Source: Octopus bimaculoides
Taxonomy: Eukaryota
Assembly: GCF_001194135.2 (NCBI RefSeq)
Contig: NC_068989.1
Location: 63,278,595-63,342,261, forward strand
Direction of reading: 5' to 3'
Length of the DNA: 63,667 nt
Part shown: piece by piece, positions 37,058 through 51,486 of the stretch
Numbering within the stretch: the first letter of the stretch is position 1
Layout of the letters: each line of letters starts with the position of its first letter
The notes under the pieces: generated by a model
The model's database searches: none
What the model was told of the DNA's origin: nothing
The model's input: only the letters and a program-made list of their open reading frames with translations
Made by a program: the position numbers and the translations under genes

Positions 37058-38509
37058 AATAAATAGCGTTAACAAGATGGAGTACGTTTAGACAGCTATT
37101 TAATAAACGCTACACATGTTCCGATACATCTACAACTTAGATCCACATATACACATGCGATGGATGCCTAAGTATAAAATTTGATGTATACCGTAATGCT
37201 ACTAGCTATTTGATATCTTTTTTATTCTAATACGTTCCTAACTAAATACACCCTACACACACACACACACACACACACAGAAACACACACACACATATAN
37301 NNNNNNNNNAACAAATAGAACGCCATATTTTAGCTTGTCTTGTCTAGATCTATTTGGACAGTCAGACTGGCAGACAGAAAGACAGACAGGGAGAAAGGTA
37401 CACAAATGGACAGTCAGTTTGAGAGATAGATAAGTAGATAGATAGATAGATACATACATACATACATACATGCATGCATACATATATATATACATACATA
37501 CACACATACATATTCTTCCTATACTATTTATACTTATGTTGTCAAAATATTGATTTTTTTTTTCTTTTGGTGTTTATACTTTCCTACTTAAATTGGGATT
37601 ATTGCTTTAAAATTTACCAGTTGGACTGGAGCCTACGGAAATGGTCAACCGTGTCAAACTATTGACTGCTGTTGATTGTCGATAATAACGTGAAGGTGTA
37701 AAAGGTGACAATTATGCCCCGAGAAAGCGAAAAAATAACGTATACGAGTCGTACATTTTAGCTCATTGGCGTGGAATATACAAACTTGTGAAGTGGTTTC
37801 CCGTGATCACTCGACCTCCTAATACAGAAAATAAATCTTCTACTAATCACAGATTATAGGTTTAATCATAGGCACCTTCGTTATATCGGATGGCAACTAC
37901 TGAAATAATTTCGAATGTAGGTCTGGTACTAAACAGGAACAGTACTACACTCATTTTAATTAACTAGCGGGCGCTTATCAAACTTTGTAATTATAAACGG
38001 AAAATCATCCAAATCGTCTTTAACTCATTTCGTACGGAGTTTAAGTTCAAAAAGACTTGTGCACAACGTAGCGAAAGATACCAGAAATTGATCCACAAGC
38101 GCGTGTAAAGTTAAAAACGGGGTGGTTCGGTTTTTTCTAATGTTGCTTGTTACAAGGAGAGGTGTAATACATTACAGATTTGACTGTAGTCCACCTTAGA
38201 ACGTTGACGACACCTTGCATAACGCTGACTAGCATGCACTATATTCAGAAAAATGAAAATGCCCGTGGATCGAATATCCTTCGAACCAATTATTTAAGAA
38301 TGTATTACGTTTTATTAAAATTTTCCAATTTCATTCACAAAGGTCTGCTTGAATACAGATCAGTTGCATTTAATACGTTATTTACATTATTTATTCGACG
38401 GATATTTTTTGAATTTAAATTCATATAACTTGGGCATCGTCTTTTATCAGTTCTCAACACTTAAATACACAGAAATACATGTCCTTATATATGCAGTTTG
38501 TGTCTGATG

Positions 38510-38541
<32 letters not shown>

Positions 38542-39429
38542 ACACGTTATCAGTTCAAAAGCCAAAATCTCACTTTTCATTGAGTGATATCAAAATAACC
38601 TGTTCCCAGTAGAGAAAATAATACGTGCGACCGTATGTATTGAAGACGATAGTAATGTGGAAAGTGGAAGCCATATTTGCTAAGCAAATTATTTATGAAC
38701 AATATGAAAAGAATAAATTTCATTTGAACATCATGCGTCACAATTCCCTCGCATTATGTTTATAAAAGTTGAGAATATAAAGCAGGGAGCAGGCAACATA
38801 TAGTAAGAAATAATTACGCGATAAATACATGATCAATATTAATGAATGATTAATATTTTGTTATTTGGTAAGTATAAGAGGCAACTAAGTGCCTGTTATA
38901 CTTCCGTCTTCTAATTCCCTACCCAGCGGATATTTTCCTTTACTTATTGAAATACTTTCAGCAAATGAAAATATGCTAGGAATCTCACTCCTAATTTCGA
39001 ATTTGTGGGAACTCTCATAAAATATAACTTCCATAATATTTTGCTTCCGTTGAGATAATTTTAAAGAGATATCCATTCTCCATGACGTAAACTTTGTTAA
39101 AACGGAGTTCATATGGAAAGGTTGGCAGAATGTTCCGGAATTGTATGCAATATGTTAAAACATTTCACTAAAAATAAATGATGACATCAATTGGATATAT
39201 GAGCTTGTAAAAAAAAATAGTTTTATACTTTTCAGTCTAACAGGCAACTTTCCTACGCTTACACACAGGTGCATGTACACAAGCATAGAAACACGCGGAC
39301 GCGCGCACACACACATGCACATATATATTTATGCACATACATACACATACGTGCGAGGATGTATGTGTGCGTAGGACAGTCATAATTATTTTGTATATTA
39401 TTATTATTGAGTGAGAGAACAGCACATGC

Positions 39430-41200
39430 CAACAAGTTGACACTGGGGTAAAACATACGATGCATGAGCTAAGAGCATCCCTAAACAACCTATTGAAAAA
39501 AGGCGTGATATGGTATTGGTCAGACAGGTCTGAAAAAGCGTTCGAAGAAATTTTTAAAATTTTAACATCGGAACTATCATTATCGCAGTTTGATCCAAAT
39601 TTTAAGATAGTAGTAGCATCAGATGCTAGCGAAAGTGGTAGAGCAGCTGTAATTTTAGACAAGTATGGAAATGGTAGCGTAAAACTCATCACTCATGCTT
39701 CACGTTCATTATTGGCGGCTGAAAAAAAAAAAAAAACTACTGGCAAATTGAGAAGGAGGCACTAGCCTTTATTTTTGTGGTGAAAAAATTTCACAAATTC
39801 ATACATGGAGGAAAATTCAGTCTGCAAAGTGATAACCACCCATTATTATCAATTTACGGATCGAAAAACGATATCCCCACACATACAGCTAACCGATTGC
39901 AGCGCCGAGGGACAATCCTGCTCAGATGGAATTTCTACCATCCTTTAGGATATGCGGATGGGCTGTCAAGATTGATTCCTAAATACAATGAACCGTTAGC
40001 GGACACGGTAATAGCGACATTAAAAGCCGAAATCTAAATAAAACAATATACTCTGCAACGTAGTGCGCGAACTACTTGTCATTTTAATTAAAATAAAGCA
40101 GAGAAGGATGCGTTCGTAATAAAAATGAAAAGAATAGTGAAGTGTGAAACAAATACAGAAGCTCGTGTAACCGAGCGTAACACAGTTTCCAAATGGTATT
40201 CGATAAGTGATGTCGTACTTAGGTACGCTCAGAAAGTTGTTAGAGCTGTTTCTTTGCAAAACCGTACGTTAAAAGAATTCCAGATGGTACCCCCAGGAAT
40301 CGCGAAAATGAAAACATTTATGAGAAGCTATGTTTACTGGCCGAATATAGCAGCACCTATAAAATTTCAACATTGGCCCAATCCTGACGTACCTTGGTCA
40401 CGATTATACATAGATTTCGCTGAACCGGTAAATGGAGGCTATTAACTAATAGTTGTGGATAGTTACATGAAATGACCGGAAATATGTACATGTAGGAAGC
40501 CAACCTCCAAAGTAACGATGGAATATCTGGACGGACTTTTTGCGTGATATAACGTGCCAGACACTATAGTGTCTGATAACGGAACACACTTCACGTGAAA
40601 GGAATTGAGAAACTTTTGCAGAATGCATGCAATGGAGCATATCACTACTCTGCTATACCATCCGAGATCGAATAGACTAGCGGGACGTTTCGTAGACACG
40701 TTTAATGTGGCACTGAAAATATCTAGTAATGAACTACTAGTCGATACTGCTTTGACGCAATACTTAAGTGTCTACCGAATAATACCTTACCCCAAAACCA
40801 CATCAGTTATATTACGGGCTGAACTAATGTTCACCAGGAAAGTTAGGTCAGTGTTTGACAAATTACTACTGGTAAGAAGAGAAAAAATGGAAAGAAACAC
40901 CGAAAATAAGATGAAATACTTCAAAATCGGGGACAAGTATTTTCTTTGAATATACAAAAACGGAAAGGAAAGTTGGGAAGAAGGCATAAGTAAACATTTA
41001 AGAAAAATAACGTACATGGAAGAAGGTCATCCGTGGGAACACAAGAGGCATCTAAACCAACTTTAAAAAAAGGTTTACGGATGAAAGAATAAGACATGAA
41101 GTGCCAACGACATTTCTTTACTTAATTTTTGACGTCCCGAAACCTCAAGGAATAATCGAACCAAAAAGTATAGCGTCTAGGAGAAGAAAGTAAACAGACT
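39430..41200 (+). mobile_element. Ty3/Gypsy pol remnant (RNase H and integrase), 5'-truncated
   Basis: VASDASESG; HASRSLL; QIEKEALA; KKFHKFIHG..SDNHPLL; TANRLQR; YADGLSRLIP; PGIAKMKTFMRSYVYWP; PWSRLYIDFA; IVSDNGTHF; YHPRSN.LA.RFVDTF. Many stops and frameshifts. Confidence 0.92.
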
Positions 41201-41338
41201 TTTGCAAGTTGACCCAAAACGAAAAAATATTCCAATTTCTTCCCGAGGAATTGAAAAAGAAAGTAGAGGTGGTAATAAAGATAATAAATAAAAGAAAAAA
41301 AATGACTTCCAACGAAAGTTAAACTTAAAAAGGGGAGA

Positions 41339-41597
41339 TGCTACAGGGAAATCCTGACACTCTTGTGGGATAGCATGTCAACTGTCCTAAATCGTATAGA
41401 GCTGCATAGGCACTCTGAGTGAAGGACAGTGTTGTGTGTGCAGGCGCTTTGTGAAGACAGTCGTAGAAGTCGTTGAGAAGAGATATTGTTTGTTACGTGT
41501 TGTTTCTGGATTATTTGTATTGTTATAAGTCCACGTTATAAAGTGACATATACAGTGAGTTCGAAGAAGGATAACACAGTGTCGATGAGACACAACA
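41339..41597 (+). mobile_element. Polypurine tract and putative 3' LTR of the Gypsy element
   Basis: AAAAAGGGGAGA (41327-41338) immediately followed by TG; plausible CA end at ..ACACAACA 41597. No 5' LTR seen, so the right boundary is tentative. Confidence 0.55.
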
Positions 41598-43229
41598 ATA
41601 TTTTAAGACAAAATCCATTTCCACTCTGAGTTTTAATAAAATATTTATGCCAAAAAATTATTGAAATCAAATGATTTTCTATTTATTTGTGTAATTATTT
41701 TTATTGTATATAAACATTTAAGAAAGAAAATCATATTCTTCAGAGGAAGGTCAGTCACATCCATCGCTAGCTTATTTTCGCCCCGTTGATACTCTTTTTA
41801 AAGGATATTTTACGTATTTGCTAAATAAAATATCCTGAATGAAAAATCCACCTTAGCAACCGAAACATATTCTTTGTTTGAAACATGTAACATTATTGTA
41901 CGATGTATGTTTACTCTCAGGCATTCAGAATTTTGAAATATTTAAGCAAATATTTCGATTTATAACAACAAATATACGATAAAATATATCAACTCCAAGC
42001 AGATGTACAAGACAGATATTCCTATGCACGAATATATTCATATTCAAAAAGATAGAAAAGCCTAAACTACCACTATTTTGATTATAACGTTTTACATTTC
42101 CAAATATCTTGGAATTATATAGTTTCTTCATACTATTGATATTTCTTAAACATTCGATATCCTTAGACAAATTTATGATGTTCCAGGATTACTTTGCTGA
42201 TGTCAGCCAAGTTGCATTCAAACGATTTACACTTATGCCGATGTAGTAATATTTAGAAACTGTAATATTATCTCGAAAATCTGTTGCACAATAAAGTATC
42301 GATTCTGAATGACATAAAATATATAATGGAGAATTTACTGAGCTGAAATAACTACAATTGTAATAGAGAGTGTTTGTAGATAGCTGTTGAAAGGTTTTGT
42401 GTAGTTAACTCTCATATTCAATGGTTTTATTTCATATAAAAATATAAGATCACTTGATTCCATTCTTTATTGCTTGAAAATTTGAAAAAAAAAACCCATA
42501 AAATACCGAGTTGGCATTTTATGAAGATTCACTTACACATATACATGCGGAGGGAGTTCTTTGTGTGTGTTTGGTATGTTTGTATGTGTGTGTGTGTGTT
42601 TAAATCTATTTAAATCATTGGCTTACAGTGATGGACTCGAGCAACTTGAATATAATAAGAAATATAGGCAACTCAAATATAGGAAGAAATTCACTTGTAT
42701 GAAACCTTACGTATATAGCAGACTTGCGGGAACCCCAACAATGAATTATATGGGTGAATTTAATCTATATCAGAGAATTAGGCAAAATGAGTTTAATAAA
42801 ATTAATACACATATCCATTCATATAATTATAAAGTGTTTATAAATATATTGAGTATATTAACTATGAAATGTACAAATGAATTATTAATAAAATTCTCAA
42901 GATATCTGTCAACTTCTTTCTGTATTTGAATCATATTTTATAACCACCACCCCCACCTGATAAAAAGACGGAAGGTGTAGTAATCTTCACTTTCCAAACG
43001 TGGAAATATGTGATTTTTTCATCATCGTCGTGATCAACATCATCTTTGTCATCATTATCATTTTCGTCATCATCATCGTAGTCGTCATCATCAACATCAT
43101 CATCATCATTGTCGTCGTCGTCGTCGTCGTCGTAACTACATCCATTGTATTCTTTCGTTTCTGTATTTTCTTATTCCCTGTCTATTCGTTTTATTGGTCA
43201 TGAACCCTGATTAGATGTAATTTGTTCAT

Positions 43230-43700
43230 TTACACCTTCAGGAATGACTTGCATCTCAAGCTGTCTGTTAAGCTGATCAAGATCCACTGTGTGATCTGGA
43301 ATGGCAGCCTCAAAACCTATAAATTTTGGCTTTAAATTTGGGATTATTAAATTGTTCCAGCAAAATTGCATTGTTCATTTCTTCATCTAACCGCAAGGGA
43401 GTCCAGTATCATTGATCGCATTTCTGATATTGTCTCACTGCCCGAACTCTTTTAATTTGAGCACATCTTCCTTATCAGCTGCCCTGATAGCATGATTGAC
43501 ATCTCTCCTTGCAAAAGCCGTCATGAAACTTGATGTTACTGTTGTGCCGATGCGGGATTCCACTTGCGTGGTTTGAGAGCGAAAATATCTCTTAAATTTC
43601 AGCAAATTGATGCGGAAATGCATTAGAATATCTTAGAATTTTATCTAAAACTACAATGCCTTGAATAATAAATTGTTCATATCATAATTCTTGTAACTGC
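43230..43700 (-). mobile_element. Tigger/pogo transposase relic, C-terminal part
   Basis: LDKILRYSNAFPH; SSFMTAFARRDVNHAIRAAD..LKEF; DNIRNAI..TMQFCWNNL..KFIGFE resembles Tigger IxDAI..TMNxCWKKLWP..DFxGFE. Confidence 0.5.
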
Positions 43701-45433
43701 ATTAGCAGAGTTATTTCTAATAAACGTCGGAATATTGTTCCATTCCATCCGTAGTGTTTACTTTCATAGTAACTAGCAGCAAGTTGTACGATCCTTCAAC
43801 GTTTCTACGTTTTCAGACTGACAGAATGTCACCATTTAAAAAGTGTCAATTTATTCCAAGTTGAATATGCTCATGTGTAATTTTGTCTTGAATAAATATA
43901 ATTATTTTTCCAAGCAACTTCTTCAAAAAAAAAAAAATAAATAAATAAAATAATAATAATAATAAAATAAAGTTCACACCAACATTAAGAAAAAAACTGC
44001 TATGCGGTGTAACTACTTCATAAGGAATATCAAATGTTTGAAAAAAATATTATCATTGCAGTTTCTTTATGTGACCAGTCTACTTTTATAATTAGTTTAA
44101 CATTATGTAAAACTGCCTTTTTCACACAATTGTTAGTGTCTGGAATTCTGAACAATGAGCTACCTATTCTGTTCTAATTACTCTTACGTATTGTATATAA
44201 ACGTATAGAATTGCGTTGTATTAGTGCAAGCTTCATAACATGTTTACCTATGTAATCACTCTCCACCCTTGCCATCGTTATTTCTTTACAGCAGCAACAT
44301 ATACATTTTTCATGCATTACCTAGACGTTCTAGATATTTTATTCTTATCGTGATTGATTCCAAACAGTTCATTTACTCATCTTCAAAGCTTATTGCGCTA
44401 TGAAATAAGTTGTTTTCTGAATAATATCAATTGTTATCTCTAATCTATTATTTTGAAACATCTCACATGTCTTATTATTCTAACCAGCATTGTTATTCTT
44501 TATAACATATTACAATGCTTTGACAGCTTACCTAGATCAAAATAAGTTCTTAAATGTTACTTTTGTATAATGGCATTGTTCAGAGATAGACTTAATGTAG
44601 TTTTGTTTACAAAAAAATAACGGGGGGAAATGTTTGTGAATATCGCAACAGGCCGCGGATTTCGATCAACAAAAACGATAAAGAATACGAAATACTTAAC
44701 GATTTCAACTTTAGTTAATTTCCGAGAAATAAATCTTGACTTGGGTTAATATTGCCCTTAGTATTAACCTAGCAAGAAATTGCAGTGTCGGAAACTTTCA
44801 CTCTGAATAAATGTGTTATAGGTGAAATTTTTCGAAGATTATTACGGCTGTTTTGGGGGAAATATCCGATAGCCAACTATGTACAATTTTATTTCAAATA
44901 TATTGAATTTACCATAATTTGGAAAATCGTCATACATCAAAATAAAACAGTCGGCTATTGATCAACCTTAAAACAGCAACAACAGCCTTTCTCTGATGGT
45001 GAGTTATGTTTTATAATCTACTGAACACTTGATGAATGGATGTACGGGTAGCACACTTTTTATCGGTTATTGCGGCGATCTATATGTATGTACGTATGTA
45101 TGTATGTAATTATCTGGCTAGCTCTCTCTTTCTATATATATATATATTTAATCTCTTTCTATGTGTGTGCATGTGTGTGAGTGTATGTGTTTATATATAT
45201 GGTGGGCGTATTTGTGTGTGCGAGTGCGGTCGTGTGTACACGTGTGTGTATATTTCACTTGCTACATCTACAGCAACCAAAACATATACTTTCCTGCGTA
45301 CATGTTGAGAGTTTACGAGAGCTAATGAAAGTGAGGACATCTGATATGCTCTTGTTGTTCATGTATATATGTACACAAAGACACACACGTACATACATGC
45401 ATGTATATTTACATACATGCATACATACATACA

Positions 45434-45467
<34 letters not shown>

Positions 45468-45767
45468 CACACATACATGTATAAATAGAGCAGAGAAAAT
45501 TGTATTGTCAATCCGTAATACTTATAGAAGGAACATTATTGCATTTGACAAAGGAGATGTGATATATTATTGACCAGCTTTTTGCTGGTCAATCATATGA
45601 CCAGTAAATTATGAATTATATACAAAAATACAAATAGGCGATTAGTTTGTGATTCGTTGCCAGTGAATTGGTTGAATGGTCCTATCAATTTTTTGTAATT
45701 CCCTCACTTATTTTAGTAATATGATTTTGTTTTTCGTATGTGTATTTCGTGTGCAAGATTCTTGATG

Positions 45768-46111
45768 TGGATACGTGTGTTGAAAGAAATACAATTAAAC
45801 CTTGGGAGAGGCATTATGCCGGTAATAAACACACGCACTGGTTCAGTCCTTTATTAATTTATATAGTTTTTTGTTAAATTATTTCATTGCACTCTTGCAA
45901 TCTCTTCAGTAACTTGTCTCTCCACTTCCATTTANNNNNNNNNNTGGATACGTGTGTTGAAAGAAATACAATTAAACCTTGGGAGAGGCATTATGCCGGT
46001 AATAAACACACGCACTGGTTCAGTCCTTTATTAATTTATATAGTTTTTTGTTAAATTATTTCATTGCACTCTTGCAATCTCTTCAGTAACTTGTCTCTCC
46101 ACTTCCATTTA
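45768..46111. other. Identical 167-bp direct duplication around a 10-N gap, probably an assembly artefact
   Basis: 45768-45934 equals 45945-46111, with the N-run exactly at the junction. Confidence 0.8.
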
Positions 46112-46848
46112 TTTTGAATGTATGATCTGGCGTTGTTTTGGCGTTGTTTTGTTGCATATAAAACCTTATTCAAAGATAAGGAATAAATTATAGAGTTTAA
46201 TTTTTTAGATCACAGCTTTAGGATTTACCAATGGCAAACTGCTGAAATTTGCTTATAGTTCAGGCATAGATTTACACCAAATTATTCTTCTTTTGCTGAG
46301 ACGACAGCAATTTCAGGGAAAGTGTTTAGTTGTGATCAACGATTCCAATAAATTCTAGAATTGTTTCTATTATATCATCATAAGCTTTACAACTGTGAGC
46401 ATGATGTAACTTTAAATATCAGGGACTACAGTGTTCACTTCGTCTCTTAAGAGTTCTGTAGGTATCTCAAGAATCTAGGCTGCTATAGTTATAGTCTGTA
46501 GCTGGTGTAACCACATTCAAAAGGCTTCCTTCTGTTTTCCATTACGTAAGCCGAAATTGGAATGAATAATATGTATAAAACAGTGTGACAACTCTAGCTA
46601 GTGATGAGCATAAATATAAACTTGCTCCTATTTCAAATATGTTCGAGGCATATTCGAATACCTAAGAAAGACAATCACTCTGTTTTGTCATGAAGAATGG
46701 TTTTCTTACGGGTTTGAATATGATTAAATTATATTTGAACGGGTAACAATGTTTGTACTATGCACAAAATCGCGTGGAGAGTCATTCAAAATTATGAACC
46801 TTTTAAAAAGATGGCACTTTTTTGCCGTACTTTATGTTCAAGCGTGCT

Positions 46849-46968
<120 letters not shown>

Positions 46969-49676
46969 TGTGTGTGTGTGTGTGTGTATGATTTTCTGCA
47001 TGTGTTTTTCTGCGTACATGTGTGTGTGTACCCCCGTGCGCCTGTGTTTCTGCGCGTGTGTATGCATGTACTTGTATAATAGCCAGTTTGGTAAATATTC
47101 ATATTTATACACTTATACAAGCAAACTTGAGAATATGGTTTGAATGTGATTAAAATCTATACCACTGAGAGGTTAAGCAGCAAATATATTCTTTTATAGG
47201 TAGAAATAATTTGTGTTTATATTCAATAAATATTCATTTTCTGTTACCCGAGACATACACACACACACGCGTTATATATGTGTGTATCTGTGTGTGTGTG
47301 TGTGCGTGTGTACGTGTGTGCTTCTGTGTAGCTAAATAGATATATATGTATAGATATATGTACATATATATGTATAGGCGTATATGTATAAATGTATATA
47401 TATGAACGTATACATGTATATACATAAATATACATCAATACAGGTATATATATTTATATATATATATATGCATATACATATATATATATATATATATACA
47501 TATATATACATATATGTGTATATATATATNNNNNNNNNNNNNNNNNNNNNNNNNNNNNNNNNNNNNNNNNNNNNNNNNNNNNNNNNNNNNNNNNNNNNNN
47601 NNNNNNNNNNNNNNNNNNNNNNNNNNNNNNNNNNNNNNNNNNNNNNNNNNNNNNNNNNNNNNNNNNNNNNNNNNNNNNNNNNNNNNNNNNNNNNNNNNNN
47701 NNNNNNNNNNNNNNNNNNNNNNNNNNNNNNNNNNNNNNNNNNNNNNNNNNNNNNNNNNNNNNNNNNNNNNNNNNNNNNNNNNNNNNNNNNNNNNNNNNNN
47801 NNNNNNNNNNNNNNNNNNNNNNNNNNNNNNNNNNNNNNNNNNNNNNNNNNNNNNNNNNNNNNNNNNNNNNNNNNNNNNNNNNNNNNNNNNNNNNNNNNNN
47901 NNNNNNNNNNNNNNNNNNNNNNNNNNNNNNNNNNNNNNNNNNNNNNNNNNNNNNNNNNNNNNNNNNNNNNNNNNNNNNNNNNNNNNNNNNNNNNNNNNNN
48001 NNNNNNNNNNNNNNNNNNNNNNNNNNNNNNNNNNNNNNNNNNNNNNNNNNNNNNNNNNNNNNNNNNNNNNNNNNNNNNNNNNNNNNNNNNNNNNNNNNNN
48101 NNNNNNNNNNNNNNNNNNNNNNNNNNNNNNNNNNNNNNNNNNNNNNNNNNNNNNNNNNNNNNNNNNNTATATATATATATATATATATGTATATATAGAT
48201 ATATAATTTTCTCTGTCCCACTGATTGGCATTTTTCCTAAGTCAAAGCTAATGAATATATGAATAAATTTAGGAAGAACTGGAAATTATCCAAGGGTGAG
48301 AAACATTAGTTAATGGGTGTATTTGGTTATTATTCGTTTATTTGATAATTTCTTCTCCTCATTCACCTCTTAATAACCTACGACACTACATTCATGTCTA
48401 TTACCACCTATTAAATACACATTAGTTAATTTCCATATATTTAGTTCATTGCAATGTAAGAAGAAAAAAACAACTTACCAAACACTATGCAATAGCCGAC
48501 TAACTTCCTGTGAACGAACAAAGCATTATGAATAACGAGTAAAGATTTTCAGTTAGTAACTATTTCGGATATACTCTTTGTCTGATCTCTGTAACATTAT
48601 TTGATCTCAGTAATATGTAAGTCGTATGTTGAATGAATGGAGAGTGGAATTACAGAAATGTTAAAAAAGACAGCATGAAACAAACAAAAAAATAATGTAA
48701 GTCATATTGCTATATACTAAATAAAGAAAGCAGAGCTGTATATTCTAAGTAAATTGAAAAGAAAATAGATGAGAGGAAGTAAAGCAGAATATAAATGCTT
48801 GTCTAAATCTGAAAATGTAGAGAATATGAAAAGGAGAAAGCAATATTAAATATCAAATATCAAATTCTACAAAATTGTATAGAGGTTCGATTTTTGAGCA
48901 AATGAAATATGGAAAGTAAGAAATAAAACTTTGATAAGGGCAAACAAGTCTGTTACGAAATTTTTTATTATATAAATGCAATCAGTTATTTCAGCGGATT
49001 TTGTTACAAAATGCAATGTATTTAAGTTTGTAGTACAATTCGGGATAATTGTATATCTATAAAATAAAGATATGTTATGAATAAGGGTAATAAAATTCAA
49101 AACATTCACTTATAAATGTCGGTCAGAATGAAATGTGAAATCATGTTAGTAAAGCAAGCAAATAAATGCCGCAGAAGTAAGTGTGTAAAAATAAAATATG
49201 TGATGTTAATCAGTATAAATATATGTATTATTCTAAAGTTTAGAGGAGGCTTTCAGTGTATATCTTGTATGACATAAAGTTTCAAAATACATGCAATCAT
49301 TACAATACATTATTCAATAATATTTCATAGCCAGTACTTCTGCAATTGGTTCTTGATTTTGATTCTCGCCAGGTCAGATGTTTAAAATTGCTCTGCTCAA
49401 CTGAAATATACTAAATATACTGCAATTATTTGAGAGTTTATGTTTATTTATTTTTTTTGGGGGGGGCGGCCTTTTGTTTTTTGCGATTTAATATATTCCT
49501 ATCGGTTTCCAAACCGCTTCTCTCACTATTCCGAAGAACAAATGATGTTGGAATAGAGACATCTATAGAAACATGGACTAGAAAATGTAGTTCTTTCTCC
49601 ATTTGTTGGATATATAAATAGAATTAGATGCTTTAGTAATATAATTGGTTCTAACATGAATTAGATCTAGCTCTAG

Positions 49677-49887
49677 GGCGGTGAGCTGGCAGAATCGTTA
49701 GCATCCGGAAAAATGCTTAGCAGTGTCCTGTAAGTTTTTATATTTTGAGGTAAAATTCCGCGGAGGCTGACATTACCTTTCGTCATTTGGGGGTCGATAA
49801 AATATGAACGAGTTGAGTGCTGAGGTCGATGATATGGACTGACACTCTCCCAGAAACTTGCTGGCCTCGTGCCAAAATTTGAAACCA
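49677..49887 (+). mobile_element. Full-length SINE, AGCTGGCAG-head family
   Basis: GGCGGTGAGCTGGCAGAATCGTTAGC..GGGGTCGATAAAAT..GCTGGCCTCGTGCCAAAATTTGAAACC. Confidence 0.88.
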
Positions 49888-50732
49888 GTATACAAGAAAG
49901 TTTGCTTTTATACACCAGAATCGATATTCAATCTCCCTAAATGTTTGTATGATTTGAAAAAATTAATGAGTAGATCCGATGAACACAGAAAGTTATGATT
50001 TAACTTTCTACTCTTTTACTTTATCTCCAGATACAATTCGTATGAAAGTGATAATAGATGACACAAGGCGTATCTTTACATTTTTCCATTTGTTTAAATC
50101 CAAGGACTAGCTCATAAAATAGTTTCTGTGCAGATTATCTCTGACTATCATTAATCTTTGACATAGTCTCTTCTTACTTGACAGATATGTTAACTGTCAT
50201 TCATGGAAAACGAAAGATTAAATCTTAGCGGTCGTGATTTCAATTTGTATAGGAAGATAATTCATATAAATCTGATTTAAGGGTTATATTCGTGAGCATG
50301 CTAGAGAGACATATTAATTCTGAATGCCTCAAGTGATTATAATGTCGATTGAAATTTAGGAATGTTACCACACCAAAATATTTTCTACTGATGTTTGGGA
50401 GTATACTTTAACACTATGCAAAGATAAAACAGCCGTCAGACATTTATTACAGTGGAGGAGTCATACAAAAATCCACAGAGTGGCCAACAACACACAGAAG
50501 CGTAAAACACTTTAGAAAATATTTGACGGAAAGATTTAGTCACTATTCCGAGTACTATTGATATGTTCTTGAAAATATACCAAGAGAAGTTCCAATTTAT
50601 GTGTGTGTATATGTATGTCATTATTCAGTTTTATTTCAAGGTTCCTTGCCAATAGAGAAAAAGCCGATCCCTAACCTAGATCCAAATCTCCTTCATTAAA
50701 ATTTCGACATCAACACGGTATTTTTGTTTGTA

Positions 50733-51450
50733 CGAGGGAGTACCCCAAAGAAACCGGAATTATGCAATGCTATTTTATTCACAGATTTTACATGTTTACA
50801 TGTTTATTACCTTCAAAGTATTCGCCATTCCAAGCAATGCATCGGTCCAGACACGTTTTCAAGTGTTCGAAGTAGTGTCGTTGCTTTTGCAAAGTATTAT
50901 CTTTTAACGCCTCCGTCGCTTTTTTAAAAATTCTTTACCACTTCCACATTCGGCGGAACAGGAAGCGTCGCAGGGAGCAATATCGGGAGAATAGGGAAGA
51001 TGGGTGCGCGTGGGTCATGCCATTTTAATCAAAGAATGTCTCATACTTGAGGCAGTGTGCGCAGGTGCATTCTTGTGATGAAAACACCAATCTCAACTTT
51101 GCTACAGATCAAGGTGTTTTCGTCTCACCGCGTCTCACAAATGCTTCAGAACGTAAAGATATCTGATTAACAGTTTGACCAGGAGGAACAAATACTTTGT
51201 GGACAGCACTTTTCGCATCGCTTAAAGAATCACCAGTGATGACCCTTGAATAAAGGTCCAGATCAACTTGCGAATGTTCTTTCAGTTCAGGACACGCTTT
51301 CAGCCGTGACTGCTTTTGATTTTCCTTGAACAAGCGACGTGCAAATTTTGCTGCAACTCTTTTCATTCGTCGCTCAAAATTCATAGGCAGCAGCTCCAGA
51401 ACACAGTAGTTATATCAACAATTTCGTCAATTGTTCGGTGACGGTCCTCC
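50733..51450 (-). mobile_element. mariner relic, 3' half, same family as 31441-32315
   Basis: Terminus TA|CGAGGGAGTACCCC; MKRVAAKFARRL..ELKEHSQVDLDLYSRVITGD; FVPPGQTVNQ. Confidence 0.85.
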
Positions 51451-51453
51451 TAT

Positions 51454-51486
<33 letters not shown>

